Assembly: GCA_010015585.1 (NCBI GenBank)
Contig: ML975161.1
Source: Eremomyces bilateralis CBS 781.70
Lineage: Eukaryota
Strand: one strand, 5' to 3'
DNA: 64,000 nt
Below the pieces are notes generated by a model that made no database searches, was not told the DNA's origin, and saw only the letters and a program-made list of their open reading frames with translations. The translations under genes and the position numbers were made by a program. Below are positions 23,257 through 36,900 of the stretch, in pieces. Position 1 is the first letter of the stretch. Every line of letters starts with the position of its first letter.

Positions 23257-24531
23257 CTAGACAAACACTTCACCATAGTCCACCATGTTCGGTGACCATT
23301 TAAAGCCTTCTCCGGCATGTTCCGTTTCACTCGGCAGCGTGACTTCCAGCGGGCTGTAAAGATACCACGACTTAAGCGCTGCCGCCGCCGCTCGTACTCG
23401 TGCCTCCATAAGACTCGCCCCAGCCGCTTCTCCCAACTTGTCTTTCCCGGAGTACACGCCCACCACGTACACCGGATGCCGGCTCAGTCGACCGGTCTCC
23501 GAGATGAGTCTCGCCACCGGCGCTTCGAAGCCTTCTCGGCCGCAGAGAATCGCCAGTTCCCGTTGTGGGTGCCGGAACTGGAAGAGGGACGCGACGTCGA
23601 GTCTTCGCGAGAGGAAGTGCGCTTGGAAGAAGCGCTTGGTGGCGATGGGACCGCAGTGGAGGTACAGAGCACCGATGAGTGCCCTGACGAACGATTTGTA
23701 GGCGTCCTCGACAGGTATACCAACAGGTTCGGCCTCGGCGCCAGTCGCGTGGTCTTCCGCATTTGATATCGTTTCTCTTGGCACGTCTTTGGGGAACTTG
23801 AAGTTCGTGTTCGAGAAAGGGGTTGTCACCCCTTTATGGAGGTCGCCGAACTGGTCGTCGTATAGCACTCGCGAACTCAGCGTCCGCCTCCGATTGCCCC
23901 AAGCTTCCTCCGGCGACGCGACCTCCTCGCCCGAGGCGAGCTTCAAGTGCTGCAAGAGCCCCGGGTCGACCTCACCGCCGGGATGCGCGGCGGTCTCCAC
24001 ACCCCATTCCTTGGCGATCGTCGCGAGGGCGGTCGATCCAACATACGCGGACTGCGCGGCGAATAGGATCGCGATGGGTATCCGCGGATAGTGGCAGAGG
24101 AGGTATTCGGAGGTGTAGTATCCGAGGAGGTCGGAGCCGAGGGTTTCGAGGGCGGCGTTGTTGAACTGCGGGTTCGGATCGGCGGAGGGGGTGACGAGGG
24201 CGCGGGCGAGGGTTTGGATGGGGAAGCGGGAGGGGAGAGAGAGTCGGGCGTGGAGGGCGGACAGTTTCGGAGAGGACAGCGAGCGCTGGACCAGTGGTGA
24301 CGGGAGTTCCTCGTCCTTCCAACGCCGCGTCCGGGGACGGTCTATCGGTTGTCCATCCTCGAAGGACGGATGGGGATTGCTGGCACTTTCCTGCGCAGCG
24401 TATGCCGAGTATCTACGGCATTGAGGGAGGGAGAAAGGTGTTGGGGGGTGGGATCGAAGGAAGTGAGGATGCGCTCGTGACGGAGAACGCAGGTATAGAG
24501 GAACCTGCGTTCGTAACCGGATGGGCTTCAT
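23257..24531 (-). CDS. MRPL3: Mitochondrial ribosomal protein mL44 (degenerate RNase III + dsRBD)
   Basis: Arg-rich presequence, KLSALHARL, VRALIGALYLH, SETGRLSRHPVYVVGVYSGKDKLGE, ALKSWYLYSP. Confidence 0.92.
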   Translation of the reverse strand: MKPIRLRTQVPLYLRSPSRAHPHFLRSHPPTPFSLPQCRRYSAYAAQESASNPHPSFEDGQPIDRPRTRRWKDEELPSPLVQRSLSSPKLSALHARLSLPSRFPIQTLARALVTPSADPNPQFNNAALETLGSDLLGYYTSEYLLCHYPRIPIAILFAAQSAYVGSTALATIAKEWGVETAAHPGGEVDPGLLQHLKLASGEEVASPEEAWGNRRRTLSSRVLYDDQFGDLHKGVTTPFSNTNFKFPKDVPRETISNAEDHATGAEAEPVGIPVEDAYKSFVRALIGALYLHCGPIATKRFFQAHFLSRRLDVASLFQFRHPQRELAILCGREGFEAPVARLISETGRLSRHPVYVVGVYSGKDKLGEAAGASLMEARVRAAAAALKSWYLYSPLEVTLPSETEHAGEGFKWSPNMVDYGEVFV

Positions 24532-24831
24532 GAACAAATCGGGAGGGCCAACACCATCTGCTCTATATCCTGTCAGCGGCCGGGAAGCAATAGAGAACGA
24601 GATTCCGAGAACGTGGGCTAGAAAGAATCAGTGAAGTGGTTGAATGTTTGGAAAGTTCGACGTCGAAAAGTCGAGAAGAGAGAATGTCCCAAAGCGGTTT
24701 AGTCGCATACGATTGCTCGGCGGCTCAACTCCAACGTCAAGGAAGTCCACTATCATCGCAATTGAAGCTATCTTTGCGAGCAATTCCCAACACCTCTCTC
24801 CTTATACCGATTATTTCCGGGTCCTTTCACA

Positions 24832-25289
24832 ATGGGAGGAAGTGATCCAAAGCCACATGCTCCGGCGAGCGCCCATCCACATGCCAACAACATTGGCGGG
24901 GGTCATCATGGAATGATCAGGTATGTCGACCATCGATTCATGTCCTCCGTACACCATTGCTGATCCATTGACAGATATCCCAAACACGTCTGGTCCCCTA
25001 CCGGTGGATGGTACTCCCAGCCTGCCAACTGGAAGGCCAACACGGCCATCGTCCTCGCCGTCAGCTCCATCATCATCGCCTTCACCTGGAAACTCAGCGC
25101 CGAGCGAGAAGTGCGCTACAAAATGCCCGACCCGGATCGGTTTTATCCGAGCAGATAGTAAGAGATGCGCAAGAGGAGCGTTGGAGCACCGGCTAACATG
25201 CGTCGTCTAGCTGGAGCAAGCAGATTATCGAACACGAGAAGAAAACGAAACTACACAAGGAGCAGAAGGAGGCCGCGGACAGCCGATAG
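24832..25289 (+). CDS. Small mitochondrial membrane protein, NUUM-like complex I accessory subunit, 3 exons
   Basis: Introns 24921-24974 and 25158-25210 give MGGSDP...RYPKHVWSPTGGWYSQPANWKANTAIVL...FYPSRYWSKQIIE...SR*. Not present in the ORF track. Confidence 0.8.
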
Positions 25290-26124
25290 AGTTGAGGGAT
25301 ATGAAAGCATTGTTTTGGAGATCATGGCGCGACCAGCATCTTGTGACGATGCGTCCGAACTGGTGTACTATTAGACCCCGAAGACCAAGGGTTCTGTGAA
25401 TATATATCTTCGTTGTTGCAGGCCCGGACATGCCACGATGTGGATGGAGGAATAGATCAAGCGGACTCGAGATAGCCAGTACCCGCCAACAATTCGAAGG
25501 ACGGCCGTATGCAGCATACTGATTCTAAATGGGCCTGTTGAATCCAATTGGGACTGTGATGTGCCGTGATGTGTTCACAGCGAGATAATAATCAGCTCCC
25601 CCGGCATGACCAGATGGAATCGCTAATTTTCTTCAATAGCTACCTTCATGTACCATGCCATGTATACAACTGAACTATTGTGTAGGAATGATATTTATTG
25701 ATTGGTTCTGTACATGTCTAGTTGCTATTTACAATCAATGACGCGCCGCTGAAGTTAGACGTTGGTCGATCGTCCTACTACGCGGCACCGACTTGAGACC
25801 TAAATAGGTACGCAGCAGATGCCCGCTCTTGAGGCAGGCTTCTCGTCTGCTTGTCATATTCTTTGGGACGACGGCTAGGGTTCGGTGCTGGACCTGGATA
25901 AACAACTTTCTAAGGTCGAAGTTCAGGTGGTAGACCTCGCGGCGCAGACCCCATCTCGTAGAGCCCATGAAGTCACTCTCATATGTTAGACGGATTTGTC
26001 CGCCTGACTTCGCCATGGAGGTTCCCAGTAGTCCTCCTACGATGTTCCCTTCGATCGTCTTAGGACAGGAGCGCCATCCAATCGCAGTACGACGATCATC
26101 GCGGACAGCGTCAAGGCGACTAAC

Positions 26125-26720
26125 TCATAAGTACTCTTCCGGCACAACCATTGCCGTTGGAGTTTCTCGGATCTTCGACTGCGACTTGGCATGGATACTC
26201 TCAACCGGACCAAATCGAACAAACGGCCAAACGATGTACGACGCCTTCCCATGAATCAAGGCTTTCGATATCTGGGGCGCATTAGCATCTCGCACATCGG
26301 GGACATAGATATACGCACGGGTCCGTAGTCATTACTATCCTTGGTATCCCGCTCATTATCCCCCTCAACCCAGACATGATTAAACGGAACCACCTCCTCC
26401 CGCAACGGATATTTGTCGCTCCTAGGAACCACCGTATCGCCTGCCACGGCCACCACTCGCTTGACCCCGATCTTTTCCGGATCGTGGGGCGTCCAGAACG
26501 CAATCACGTCGCCACGCTTCAGATCGTGCGCGGCGCCCCATTTGGTGAAGACGACGCGGTCTTTGCGGCCCGTCGCGTGGTAGTCGGGGCTCAGCGCCGG
26601 GTGCATGGAGCTGCCCTCGATGGCGAGCGGGCTGGCGAGTTTTTCATTGATCAGGATGCCCGTGGCGAAGGCTAGGCCGGCGCGGTAGGGGAAGCGGGCA
26701 TATTGGCGGAGGGTCTGCAT
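26125..26720 (-). CDS. IMP2: Mitochondrial inner membrane peptidase subunit (S26)
   Basis: Ser/Lys dyad GSSMHPAL and VKRVVA; WVEGDN...DSNDYGP; intron 26272-26318, then ISKALIHGKASYIVWP. IMP2 versus IMP1 is less certain. Confidence 0.85.
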
Positions 26721-27472
26721 CTTCGAGGTCGGGCTCAATAGACAATATAAAACCTCGATCCTGATGGCCTAGTGTCACCTCTAGCCCTGCATGGCAGATT
26801 CCCAACCCCTTGCCCTTCGCACAAAACAAAGGGGATGCTCGCAGGCCTTCGAGCAATTCAACCTTCAAATTCCGGAAAAGAGAGAGATATGAAACGGATC
26901 AATTGGTTGCCAACGAAACAGGGAACGGATTACGGATAGATGAACACTGGCTAGAACCGCAGATCCGCGATGGGAGCTCCGATAAAGGCTGATATGATCC
27001 CGGGGGTGTCCATTGTCCAATGGAATTGCCATGCGATCAATTTTATCTTTTATCACCATTCCTCTCATTCCCCATCCAGCATCCGAGTGTGAATATCAAT
27101 TCAAAATAATGAGTTCTACAACTTTCTTCTCTTTTCCACGTCAGCTCGTATAATTCTGTTTTTGGGTGTCTTTTGGTGATTAGCAGCATACTTCTAGTTT
27201 CCCACCCACCTCAACCAATCTGCTGCGCCGCTTACACGTCTGCCTATCAGCCCGGAGATAAAGTCTGTCCGGACCGCCGACGTCGACGGCTGGATCGGTG
27301 ACGACTGTCCAACGAAGCCTACAGCATCGTGAGAATTTGCCTGGCCACATCAACGGAGGACACTTGATCATTCCGCCTGTAAACCCGGACCGCTGCCATT
27401 CATACGCGGTCCCCAGCCTCCATCATCTCTACATAAACCCCTCTGTGTCTCGAACTTTGCCGCAGCTCGCAA

Positions 27473-29280
27473 ATGAGCTTGCGGCCTCACAAACTGTTCT
27501 CCCTCAACACAGTGGCAGGTTTTCTGCCGCGTCGTCCTGCTATTCCCCGATCGGGTTATCCGCGAACTCTCATAGGAGCCTTCGTTGGAGCCGTTGCTAC
27601 TCTAGGTTACTTCAACGACGCATCGTCGCGGTCTTCGTCGCAGTTGTCGGACGGATCCGGTGCGAGCTATTCAATCATGACCACAGCAGAGGCAGAAGGG
27701 TCGGGAAGGGGGCGATCACAGCAGAGCCCGTTGGCGTCTCAAAGAGTAAATGAGGTAACTTCGGCTCCGACGGGAAGACCAGCCAGTCGGTTCGACCAAT
27801 ACTTTCCCCTCGGTTACAAAGAGGGCTTCAATCAATGGGTGGGTAATTCCTGAAGCACCATAGCGGTTTCAAGAAACTGAGTAAAATCTAGTGGACAGGC
27901 TTGGCTCCCGCGCGCACCGAACATCGAGTCCTTTCCTATATCCCGCATCTGCAGAAACCTCCGACGCATACCCACACCGGCACCGAGCCGCTCTCGGACG
28001 AATCAGCCGCATCGTCGATATCCGAGGACGCATCCGACCGAGCGACGCCGGTGGTGTCAGCCGATGATCCCTTTGGGCCCCGGCGATGGCAGTCCACGCT
28101 GGTCAAGCTCAGCGGAAAGCAACGCGCATTGAACGAGTTCTCCGTGGAGCGCATCGGGGAGGAAGTGGAGAACAACGTGGTCATCCTCCATGGCTACGGC
28201 GCGGGTCTCGGGTTCTTCTACAAGAACTTCGAGGCGCTGAGTCGCGCGCCCGGATGGCGGCTGTACGCGTTGGACATGCTCGGCATGGGCCGGAGTAGTC
28301 GACCGCCCTTCCGCATCCACGCCAAAGACAAAGAAGACAAGATCCGCGAGGCGGAGAGCTGGTTCATCGACGCGCTGGAGGAGTGGCGGATCCAGAAGAA
28401 GATCGACAAGTTCACGCTCCTGGGCCACAGTCTCGGCGGCTATATGGCGGTGGCCTACGCGATCAAATACCCTGGCCGCCTCAACAAGCTCATCCTCGCC
28501 TCCCCCGTCGGCATCCCCGAGGACCCCTACGCCGTCGCCGCCGACCTCCCGGAACCCGGCGATTCTGCCCTCGCCAGCGAGTTCACCCAAGACCAAGAAG
28601 AGGTCGTCAACCCCCCCAGCCGCGCCCGTACCCCCGCCCGGAAAGCCACCTCCCCTCCCACCCAACCCCCCCGCCGCCCCATCCCCAAATGGCTCACCTA
28701 CCTCTGGGACGCCAACATCTCTCCCTTCAGCGTCGTCCGCTGGGCCGGTCCCCTCGGCCCGCGCCTCGTCTCCGGCTGGACCTCCCGCCGCTTCTCCCAC
28801 CTCCCTGAGGACGAGGCCCTAGCCCTCCACGACTACTCCTACAGCCTGTTCCGCCAGCGCGGCAGCGGCGAGTATGCCCTGGCCTACGTGCTCGCACCCG
28901 GCGCGTTCGCGCGCAGCCCGCTGATTCGCCGGATCGACCAGGTCGGGCGGATGCCGCTGGCGGGCGACGCGGAGGAGGGGGGGTCGCGGGAGCAGGGCGT
29001 CCCGGTGGTGTTGATGTACGGGGATAACGACTGGATGGACGTGCGTGGCGGGTTTGCGGCGCAGGACAAGCTGCAGGCGGCACGAGAGCGGGCGCTGCAG
29101 GGGAAGAGCTCGGAGGAGAGGAAGCGCGATCAGGGGGATGCGAAGGTGATGATTGTAAAGAATGCGGGGCATCATTTGTATTTGGACGGGGCGGAGGAGT
29201 TTAATGATATGGTCACCAAGGAGATGCGGGACGTGGAACGGCGACAGCGGCTGCTGAACGAGGGGGGGTCGAGGATGTGA
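27473..29280 (+). CDS. CLD1: Alpha/beta hydrolase, cardiolipin deacylase Cld1 / ABHD4-5 family
   Basis: HGYGAGLGFF, DMLGMGRSSRP, nucleophile GHSLGG, YGDNDWMD, AGHHLYLD; intron 27839-27891; mitochondrial-like N-terminus. Confidence 0.85.
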
Positions 29281-29529
29281 AGGGCTTGCATCGGATCGGA
29301 TCTAGACCTAGATACCACACCGTGACTAAATTTTGAATAGAGATATATACTTCAACGCACGCGCAAATCGCATCGATTGTGATTTACCAGAAGCAGCTGG
29401 ATCACCGCGCTGAATCGCAGACGATGCAATGATCTCCTCTATCCGTGATATCTTCCGCAACAGAATGCACCACCCCCGCCTTCGCAGCGATCTAAATATC
29501 CCGCCGCTCAAAATCGAAGACCCTACCCC

Positions 29530-30331
29530 CTACTTCACATTCACATCCTTCCTCCCTAAAAACGCCGTCAAAATCCCCACGATCCGCTCCAGCGCGTCCA
29601 ACCACTCCCTTAATAACGCATCCACCCTCGCCGCGTCATCCCCCAGCTTCGCGTAGAAGTCCGCCCGGTACGGACACGCGCCCATGGCGGCGCTGAAGAT
29701 CGGCTTGACCAGGAAGCTGTGGTGCGGCTTCAGGGTGTCGGCGTAGGCGGCGCGGAAGGAGGCGGAGAGCTCCTCGGCGGGGACGGTGAGGTTGCGGCGG
29801 AGGGATTGGGCGGTGAAGTCGAGGCCGCTGGAGGAGGGGTTAGGTTGATACTTAATGAGGGTTGGAGGGGGAAGGGAGACGTACCGATTGAGCCAGAGGA
29901 GGCCTTCGGTGGCGGTCTTCTTCTTCTCCTTGAGCTCGTTGAGGACGAGGTCTTGGAGGGTGAGGGAGTTGCTGGGCGATGCGAGGAGGCGGTCGCGGAG
30001 TTTCTACGCCGGATAGGCGGGTGAGCTTCGTGGCGATATACGGTATACAGGGACCCCGTTACCTTGATGTTCCCGAGCATATCGCTCTTCACCGGCGTGA
30101 ACGTCACTGACCCGAGCACGTCTGCCCCCGCGTCAGCCAGCTCTCATCGATCTCTCCCCGCTCCGCCACTCGGGGGTCATGCGCACCGAATAACGTCGTC
30201 AAACTCTCCGCAGCCTCCAGAAACTCAGACGTCGCAACAGCGTCGCCGTGCGCGCCGTCGATGGGCACGGCGGTGAAATTGCGCTTCAGCGTGTCGAAGA
30301 AGGTGCCGCCGGGGGGGTAGGGGGACGCCAT
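29530..30331 (-). CDS. het-c2: Glycolipid transfer protein (GLTP / HET-C2 family), 4 exons
   Basis: GGTFFDTLK, EFLEAAESLTTLF, FTPVKSDMLGNI, ATEGLLWL, LKPHHSFLVKPIFSAAMGACPYRADFY; stop at 29530. Confidence 0.9.
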
Positions 30332-30868
30332 GGCTGGGGATCGAAAGGACGAAAGGAACGAAACGAAGGACGGGGAGTGGGATGGGTGATGGAGAGAAGG
30401 ATTGTTAAAGTGGCGGATCGGGAGTTGAGTAAGAGGGAGGATGTGTGGAGCTCAAAGCGACGATCGGATCGAGGGGTCGAGGAGGAGGAGTTGTCTCATG
30501 TTGGTGGGAGGAGGACTGAGGAGGTTCCCCGCCGTCGCTCCACCCCCTGCATCATTCATCAAACCATCGCGGAGGCTTCAGGGGTGACCGGAAGTTCCTG
30601 AACTCATGATATTGTTCATCATTGGTAGCGAATGTAATGCAGTATTCATGGGGGCTCCAAATCATTTTTTTTGTATATAAATTGATATTTTCGCCACCCT
30701 ATCATGGATTGGTCCCGAAACCCGAGTCATATCCTCTATTGCTAACCCCCTTCATTAAACATATAATAGTTATATATGATCCTGTGCTGATTCCCAGTCC
30801 CGAACACCACGACCGAACCATATCTATGACAAGCAGTCCCGACTCCAGCGCATGCTTCGAGGTGGACT

Positions 30869-31784
30869 TCAGTTCTGAACGGGACGAGCATTAAACCCGA
30901 GGACCTTCTTCGCCAACAAGAAATTCTCCGCATCAATGGCTACCGGGGCCGCGCTGAGGATCCATTCGATCGGCTCGCTGCACGGCGGCGTCGTCAGAGA
31001 ACCGGAATACCTGGATGGCGGTCAGTGGTGATAGACTGGGGCCCGCATCCCTACACCTACCGATAGATTTTGTTGCTCTTGAAGTGCTCGACCAGCCTAC
31101 AGAAGTCCAGCGGACCAGTCGATGCCTCCATTCCCGGACGAGCGACGGTCCCCACGACGCCGAAGATGGACTCCAGCAGCGGCTCGCCGCACCCCTGGCT
31201 GGCGCACAGCTCGACGAAGAATCCCAGCGCTCTCCGCGATGCATCGACGGGGTTCTGGAAGACGAAGTGCACTTCGACGGGGAAGTACTCGCCGTACAGG
31301 TGGTGTTCGGAGGGCGTGTGGAAGTGGAATTGCACGAGATGGTAGGTCCGGTTGCCTTCTCGCATGGTGCCGTGCGCGGGGATCTCGATGGTGGTGCCTA
31401 GGTTGTGCATGGTGGTGCCGTTCGGGTAAGGGTGCAGCTGGAGCGTGAGGGCGGTCGGGCTGCCGTGTTGGGCACTGGCGGCGTGGAGGTCGATGGGGGA
31501 CTGGTGCGTGCCGGAGGCGCAGAGCGAGTTCTCGCCATTCCCCAGCTCGTGCCAGTGATCGGGGCCTTTCTCACCGCTGTAGGTGAACTTGGGTTCAAAT
31601 GTTTTCTCATCGCGGTATCGGAGTGATCGAGCTGATCGGGGAGCTCGAGGAGTCACCAACAAGCATGATGATGGTTCTAGAAGGGCCAGAAAGCACAGAA
31701 TGAATCTACAGACAGGTACATGTATTAGAAAGACTTGTAGCAGTGCCAATATGGTCTCATGACTCACGCTACTCGAGACCACAT
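30869..31784 (-). CDS. Secreted alpha-carbonic anhydrase, 3 exons
   Basis: GPDHW, QSPID, Zn ligands QFHFHTPSEH and EVHFV, YSGSLTTPPCSE. A 17-nt first exon plus intron 31706-31767 yields signal peptide MWSRVAFILCFLALL; second intron 31011-31060. Confidence 0.9.
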
Positions 31785-33905
31785 GACTGAATGTCAGAAT
31801 CACAAACACGGTTCGTTTAGAGTAAGACAGAACGAAAGATCCAGACAGATTGAATTTGAAACGAGATATCGAAGTGAGAATTGCAAGTAGAAAACAGGCC
31901 GGGTTACAAAGGATTCACATGTTAAGAGTCCGTTGCAGCGTGGAAGTGACGGCGAGATCAGTGCCTTCTCATATTCAGGCGCTCCATGGCCGACACTTGT
32001 CTTACCGGCATTCATATATCGAAGAAAGCCATAACAGCCTCCTTCGGTTGAGTCCATGTACTTACCAACCAAACGAACCCGTCATCGCTGAGCAGAATGG
32101 GTTTCGGAGATGACAAGAATCCGAATCACGCAAGTTAGAGGGGGCGGACAGTTGCACAGCCAAGTGATTTACCACTGCCGGATTCCCACGCCGGTACATG
32201 TATGCCAACATCCAACACCTGATGGATGAAATCGCGGAATCGATGATTAGTGCCAGGTTCATCCAGTGGAAATTGGAAAATCACAGAGACGTTGTGCGTT
32301 CGGGCAGTCAACCTTGCCTCCGCTAAACCAGTAACCACTAGACGGGCCGATCGTTCGACGCTGGAGGGCGAAGTGAAAATGCACTTCCTTTTCTCTTTTG
32401 ATGTGCTTGACTGAGGAGTGAGGATGTATTCTCCGAACCGGTAGTACACCGCGGCGCTCCCGGTGGCAGGTGACAAGCCGTCCGCTCTTCAGGATTGCAA
32501 CACGTCGGTTGCTTGCGGAGTCGGCGGCTGCGGACAGGTATTTGAAGACCAAGCCTGGGCGTCCCTGGAAATCGTGGCCGACCCGGATCTGGATATTGGA
32601 CAATTTACACAGGGCTGTACACACGACACCCCCCCCCGCAAGACGTTCGCCGAGCTTGGCTGCCCTATCATGGAACGGAATCCAAGCCATCCTGCCCCGC
32701 CACCGTGTGCTATTCTCAGATGGCTGCAGGTTTGGGGCATATCCGACTCGAATTGCATACGGTACGGCAGTATTCCCACGCATGGTGCGGAATCGAGACG
32801 ACTGGATTGACGAAGAGAACCTCCAGCGAGCAACTGATATCATGAAGTGGATTCTTCTGCTGCGGACCAAGGCATTGCAACTTGCATGACTGTTCGATAG
32901 CTAGGGCAAGGCTGGGCTGCATCCAGCCTCCTTCATCCTTCCAGCTTCATCCTTCCAGCTTCTTGTTGAAGTCTGAACACATTGAAGAAATAGAACATCG
33001 GATGGTCCAGGAGACTCGTAGACACTAGACAGAGTCAGGTAAGGTATTTCTCTCAATTTCTAAGTCCGAACTAAACGTGACCATGCGTCAATCCTCAGTC
33101 GCGTCGCGTCTTCATCGAAAAAGCAACGCTTAGCGACTAGTCCCAGCAACCGGGGGGATGCCGGGATCTCTTACGGCCCCGTGAGGCTGCTCCCGCTTGT
33201 CCAACGCGCTGCCCCCACCCCCCTAATAGCAAATCAAAAGTGTGAGAAACACTGCCGCCGCTATCCAATTGTTCCCTCTTACCAAGCACCCCCTCCTTTC
33301 TCTTTCCATCGCCTTTTGATGCACCAACTCACCCCTCTTGGTTCTAAACTGCCATCGTCATTCGCATCCAAATTAAATTACCTTGACGAAGACCCTGAGG
33401 CATCGATTTTCTCAGCCTTGGGCATCTTCGTCAAGGAGCTTCATTCCGTGCAACCACTGCGAGCTAAGCATTGCGATACGGCTGGCGAATCGAGATCAGG
33501 CTGTGGGCGATAAACAGCCCCTTTGGTGTCAATTGGATAAGTCGAGCTTTGGTTTATGTGTATGGAGAGCATCGCTTGTTTCTTGCTTCAAATTCCTTCT
33601 TTTCAAAGTTGAACTTCTCTTAGAAAGTCCTCTGGACAATATATGTGTACCATCGGGTACAGCTCAATTGGCGTGGACCTAAAGCTTACACATGGAGAGA
33701 AACCGAATACAGAAATATAGTTGGGTTACATGGCTGGACTCCCTAGATTGAGCAGCCTTACAAACGATATTGGGCATTGTTTCTTTCCTTCACCCTAATA
33801 TCGGTACCCTTCACTACGCTACCTAGGGCTCTCCTAAGACACCATTGCATTGGTCCAACCATCAGGTCCTGCTCCATTGGGTTCCAGCACCAGCATCGGT
33901 CCGAT

Positions 33906-36900
33906 ATGCCCCAACTACACTCACTCTCCACCCCTTCCGGGATCAGGACTTACTCCCCGGGACATCAAACGCCGGGAAATATCACCCCGTTGAGCAAGAG
34001 ATCCCTCACAAGCAAATATAAGCATTCTCATTATATGGTCAATGGTGCAATCCGGGAACTCAACCGGAGGTGGATGTTTGGATTCCAGGAGCGTCCCTCG
34101 CTCGATGATCCGACCAGCCATTCCTTCGACCATGGCGCATCTATTCGAGCATTCGATGGGATCCTAGCCCTGTTCTTCCATAATTCATGGGATGAATTCA
34201 TCGAGCTTCATGAGGATCACTGGGACTCGCTGCCGCAGCATGCACGACTCGACCGCTTCTTGGACGCCCTGGACACCTTTCGAGAAACTAGTCGTTCCGC
34301 CGGGAAAGGCAAAAGGTCGGAATCCACCCCGCAAATGTCGCCGGTATCGTCTTTTGCGGAGAAACTACAGAAGGCGGGCACGCCCATTCCCAAACGACGT
34401 CGCACCCCCTCGTTTGGCGAGGGTCATGCGGCGACGCCATTCCTCGCGGCCCCAATACTGCCTCCGCCGAAGAAGCGGATTTCCAATGGAGATTCGGCCA
34501 GTGTACCCTATACGACGGCGCAGTCCACCAGCGGAGCACCACCTAGCAACATGCTACCACCGGCTGCACAGCTTAACTGGTCTTTTGGATCCACTGTACC
34601 CTCTGCTAATGCCTCGTTTGGCGCCGTTTTTGACAGCAACCGTCTATCTAGAAACACATCCTTCACCACTGTACCCACTGAGCCGGATGAAGACTTCTAC
34701 AAAGAGCCGTTGCAACAGGAAGACCCAGGGCTAGACTTTGGCTGTCCCCCCTCCAGTTCGGACCCCCTTGCTGGGTTCACCGACAGCCAACTCGAGCTAG
34801 TCTTTCGCGAAAACAATTCACAGGACCAACCGCAAGTCCCCGAGCCCCCCCGCCGCGATGGGAATGGCCGGACGGAGATGTCTATTGTCCGCGATTTCCC
34901 CTCCAAAGGTCTCCATATTGACTTCTTCAACGAACTCCTTCACTTGGACTTCTTTAAGCGTTTCGAGTGTGCGCGAGTATCAATCGATACCGACCGGAAG
35001 GTAAAGACCATCTGGCCCAAGGTGCAATGTGCTGATGACTACGAATCATTCTGGAGTCCCGTCAAGCAGTTCCCGTTGATTGCACGCCCTTCGTTGAAAG
35101 CATGGCAAGCCGGCCGCGTGCAGTCGCCGAATGTGTACTACACGGCCGAGTTGAAATATAACAAGGACCGTTATAATATCTTCAAACTCATCCTCAATCC
35201 GATCACGGTGGAGGAGACGTCCAATCGGTTGCACCGCAAGTTCGGCAGCCACCGGTTCCTGCATTTGTCGTTTCCCTTGCGGAACCACCTTCCGGACTTC
35301 CTCCGGGGCCAAGAAACCCACCTGTTCGACCGTTTCCGTGAATGGACCGCCAAGCCCAAGCACTTCCTCGGGTGCAGCTGGGAAGTCTTCTATTGCAAAG
35401 AGAAGAAGGTTCGAGCCAAGTCGCGCAAGATGAAAAGCGATGACGACTTCGGACTGCGGATTGTCCTTTTCGCGACGCAGGGTCCACGGATCAAAGATGT
35501 GTCCATTCATGAGTTGCTGGACTGGTTCATGCCTCTCCAAAGCAACGCCCAGATGACATATTGCAAAGGTTTCGCACGCCTGGATCTGGCCCTTTCCGCC
35601 ACCTACCCGAGCGTCAAATTGAAGCCATCCGAGGTGAAGTTCACGCGAGACAAGCTTGCGGACGGGAACCCGGAGGCGTGTGAGTTCGACGACCCCGACT
35701 TCCCACGCTCGAGTGTTGCCTACGATTTCGACCCTGATCGCGTTATGGATGATGGCTGTCAAGTCATGTCAGTCGGACTAGCCAGGGAGATCTGGCTGAC
35801 TCTCGGCGCCGAGGGCCCACTTCCTGCTGCGTTTCAGGGGCGGATTGCCGGCGCGAAAGGGATGTGGTATAGGAGTGCTCCGTCAGACACCACGGATCCG
35901 CATAACCTGCAGAGATGGATCCGCATCAACGACAGCCAGTTGAAGTTCAAGTCGCATTCTGAGGACCTGAGTGACGACAAGAACTACGACCCTGATCGGC
36001 TGACGTTTGAGGTACACTCCTACACCAAGAAACCCGCTCCCGGCGCCATCTACGTGGACTTTCTACCAATCCTGGTCAACCGCGGTGTCCCGGTGGGCGT
36101 TTTGCAGGATATCGTGTCCCGCCCTCTGGACGAAGACGAGAAGGAGCTGCTCGATGGCCTGGAGAATCCCGAGCTGTGTCGGCAATGGATCCATAAGCGG
36201 CACGCATATTTCGAGGACATGCACCGCGAAGCCGACAGCCCCATGCTGTATCAGGGAAGCATGCCCTTTGGCCAACTCGAACGGGCGATCCTGCTGCTGG
36301 AATCGGGATTCGATATCCACCTTGGCCTCCTCGGCGATTTAATGCAGGGGATCGCCAAGTCGTATTTCGAAGACACGTTGAAAACCATGCGCATCGACTG
36401 CGAGAAGTGCGTGAATCTCAAGGGTATCGCGGACCACAGCGGCACCCTGAGTCCAGGCGAGATCCACGTCTGTTTTTCCGAGAGCATCGGGGACGGGCTC
36501 GCGCAGTTCATCAATCAGGAAGTGCTCGTCGCGCGAAATCCGGCGCTGCGTGTCTCCGATATCCAGAAGGTCCGTGCGGTGTTCAAGATGGAGCTGGCGC
36601 ACCTGCAAGACGTCGTCGTGTTCCCCACCCGAGGATGCTTTCCCTTCGCCGCTCGGTTGCAGGGAGGCGACTACGACGGGGACACCTTCTGGATTTGCTG
36701 GGAGAAGAGTATTGTCGACCCGTTCCGCAATGCGCCCGCTCCCACCAAATCGCCGAATACAGGAGATTACGGCGTTGAAGTGGATCGACGGACGCTGGGC
36801 GATGTGCTTAAACCCGCGCCGGAAGGCGGCACCCCGGACGTCCGCGACTATATCAACGAAAGCATCAAATTTCGCTCGAAGGATATCTTGGGGAACATGC

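Noticed and set aside
23257..24531. RNase III/Dicer-like partner forming an RNAi cluster with the RdRP
   Set aside because: The presequence and motifs identify mitoribosomal mL44, whose RNase III domain is degenerate.
31057..31809. Carbonic anhydrase pseudogene lacking an in-frame ATG and C-terminus
   Set aside because: Two canonical introns supply an ATG with signal peptide and the GSLTTPPC exon.
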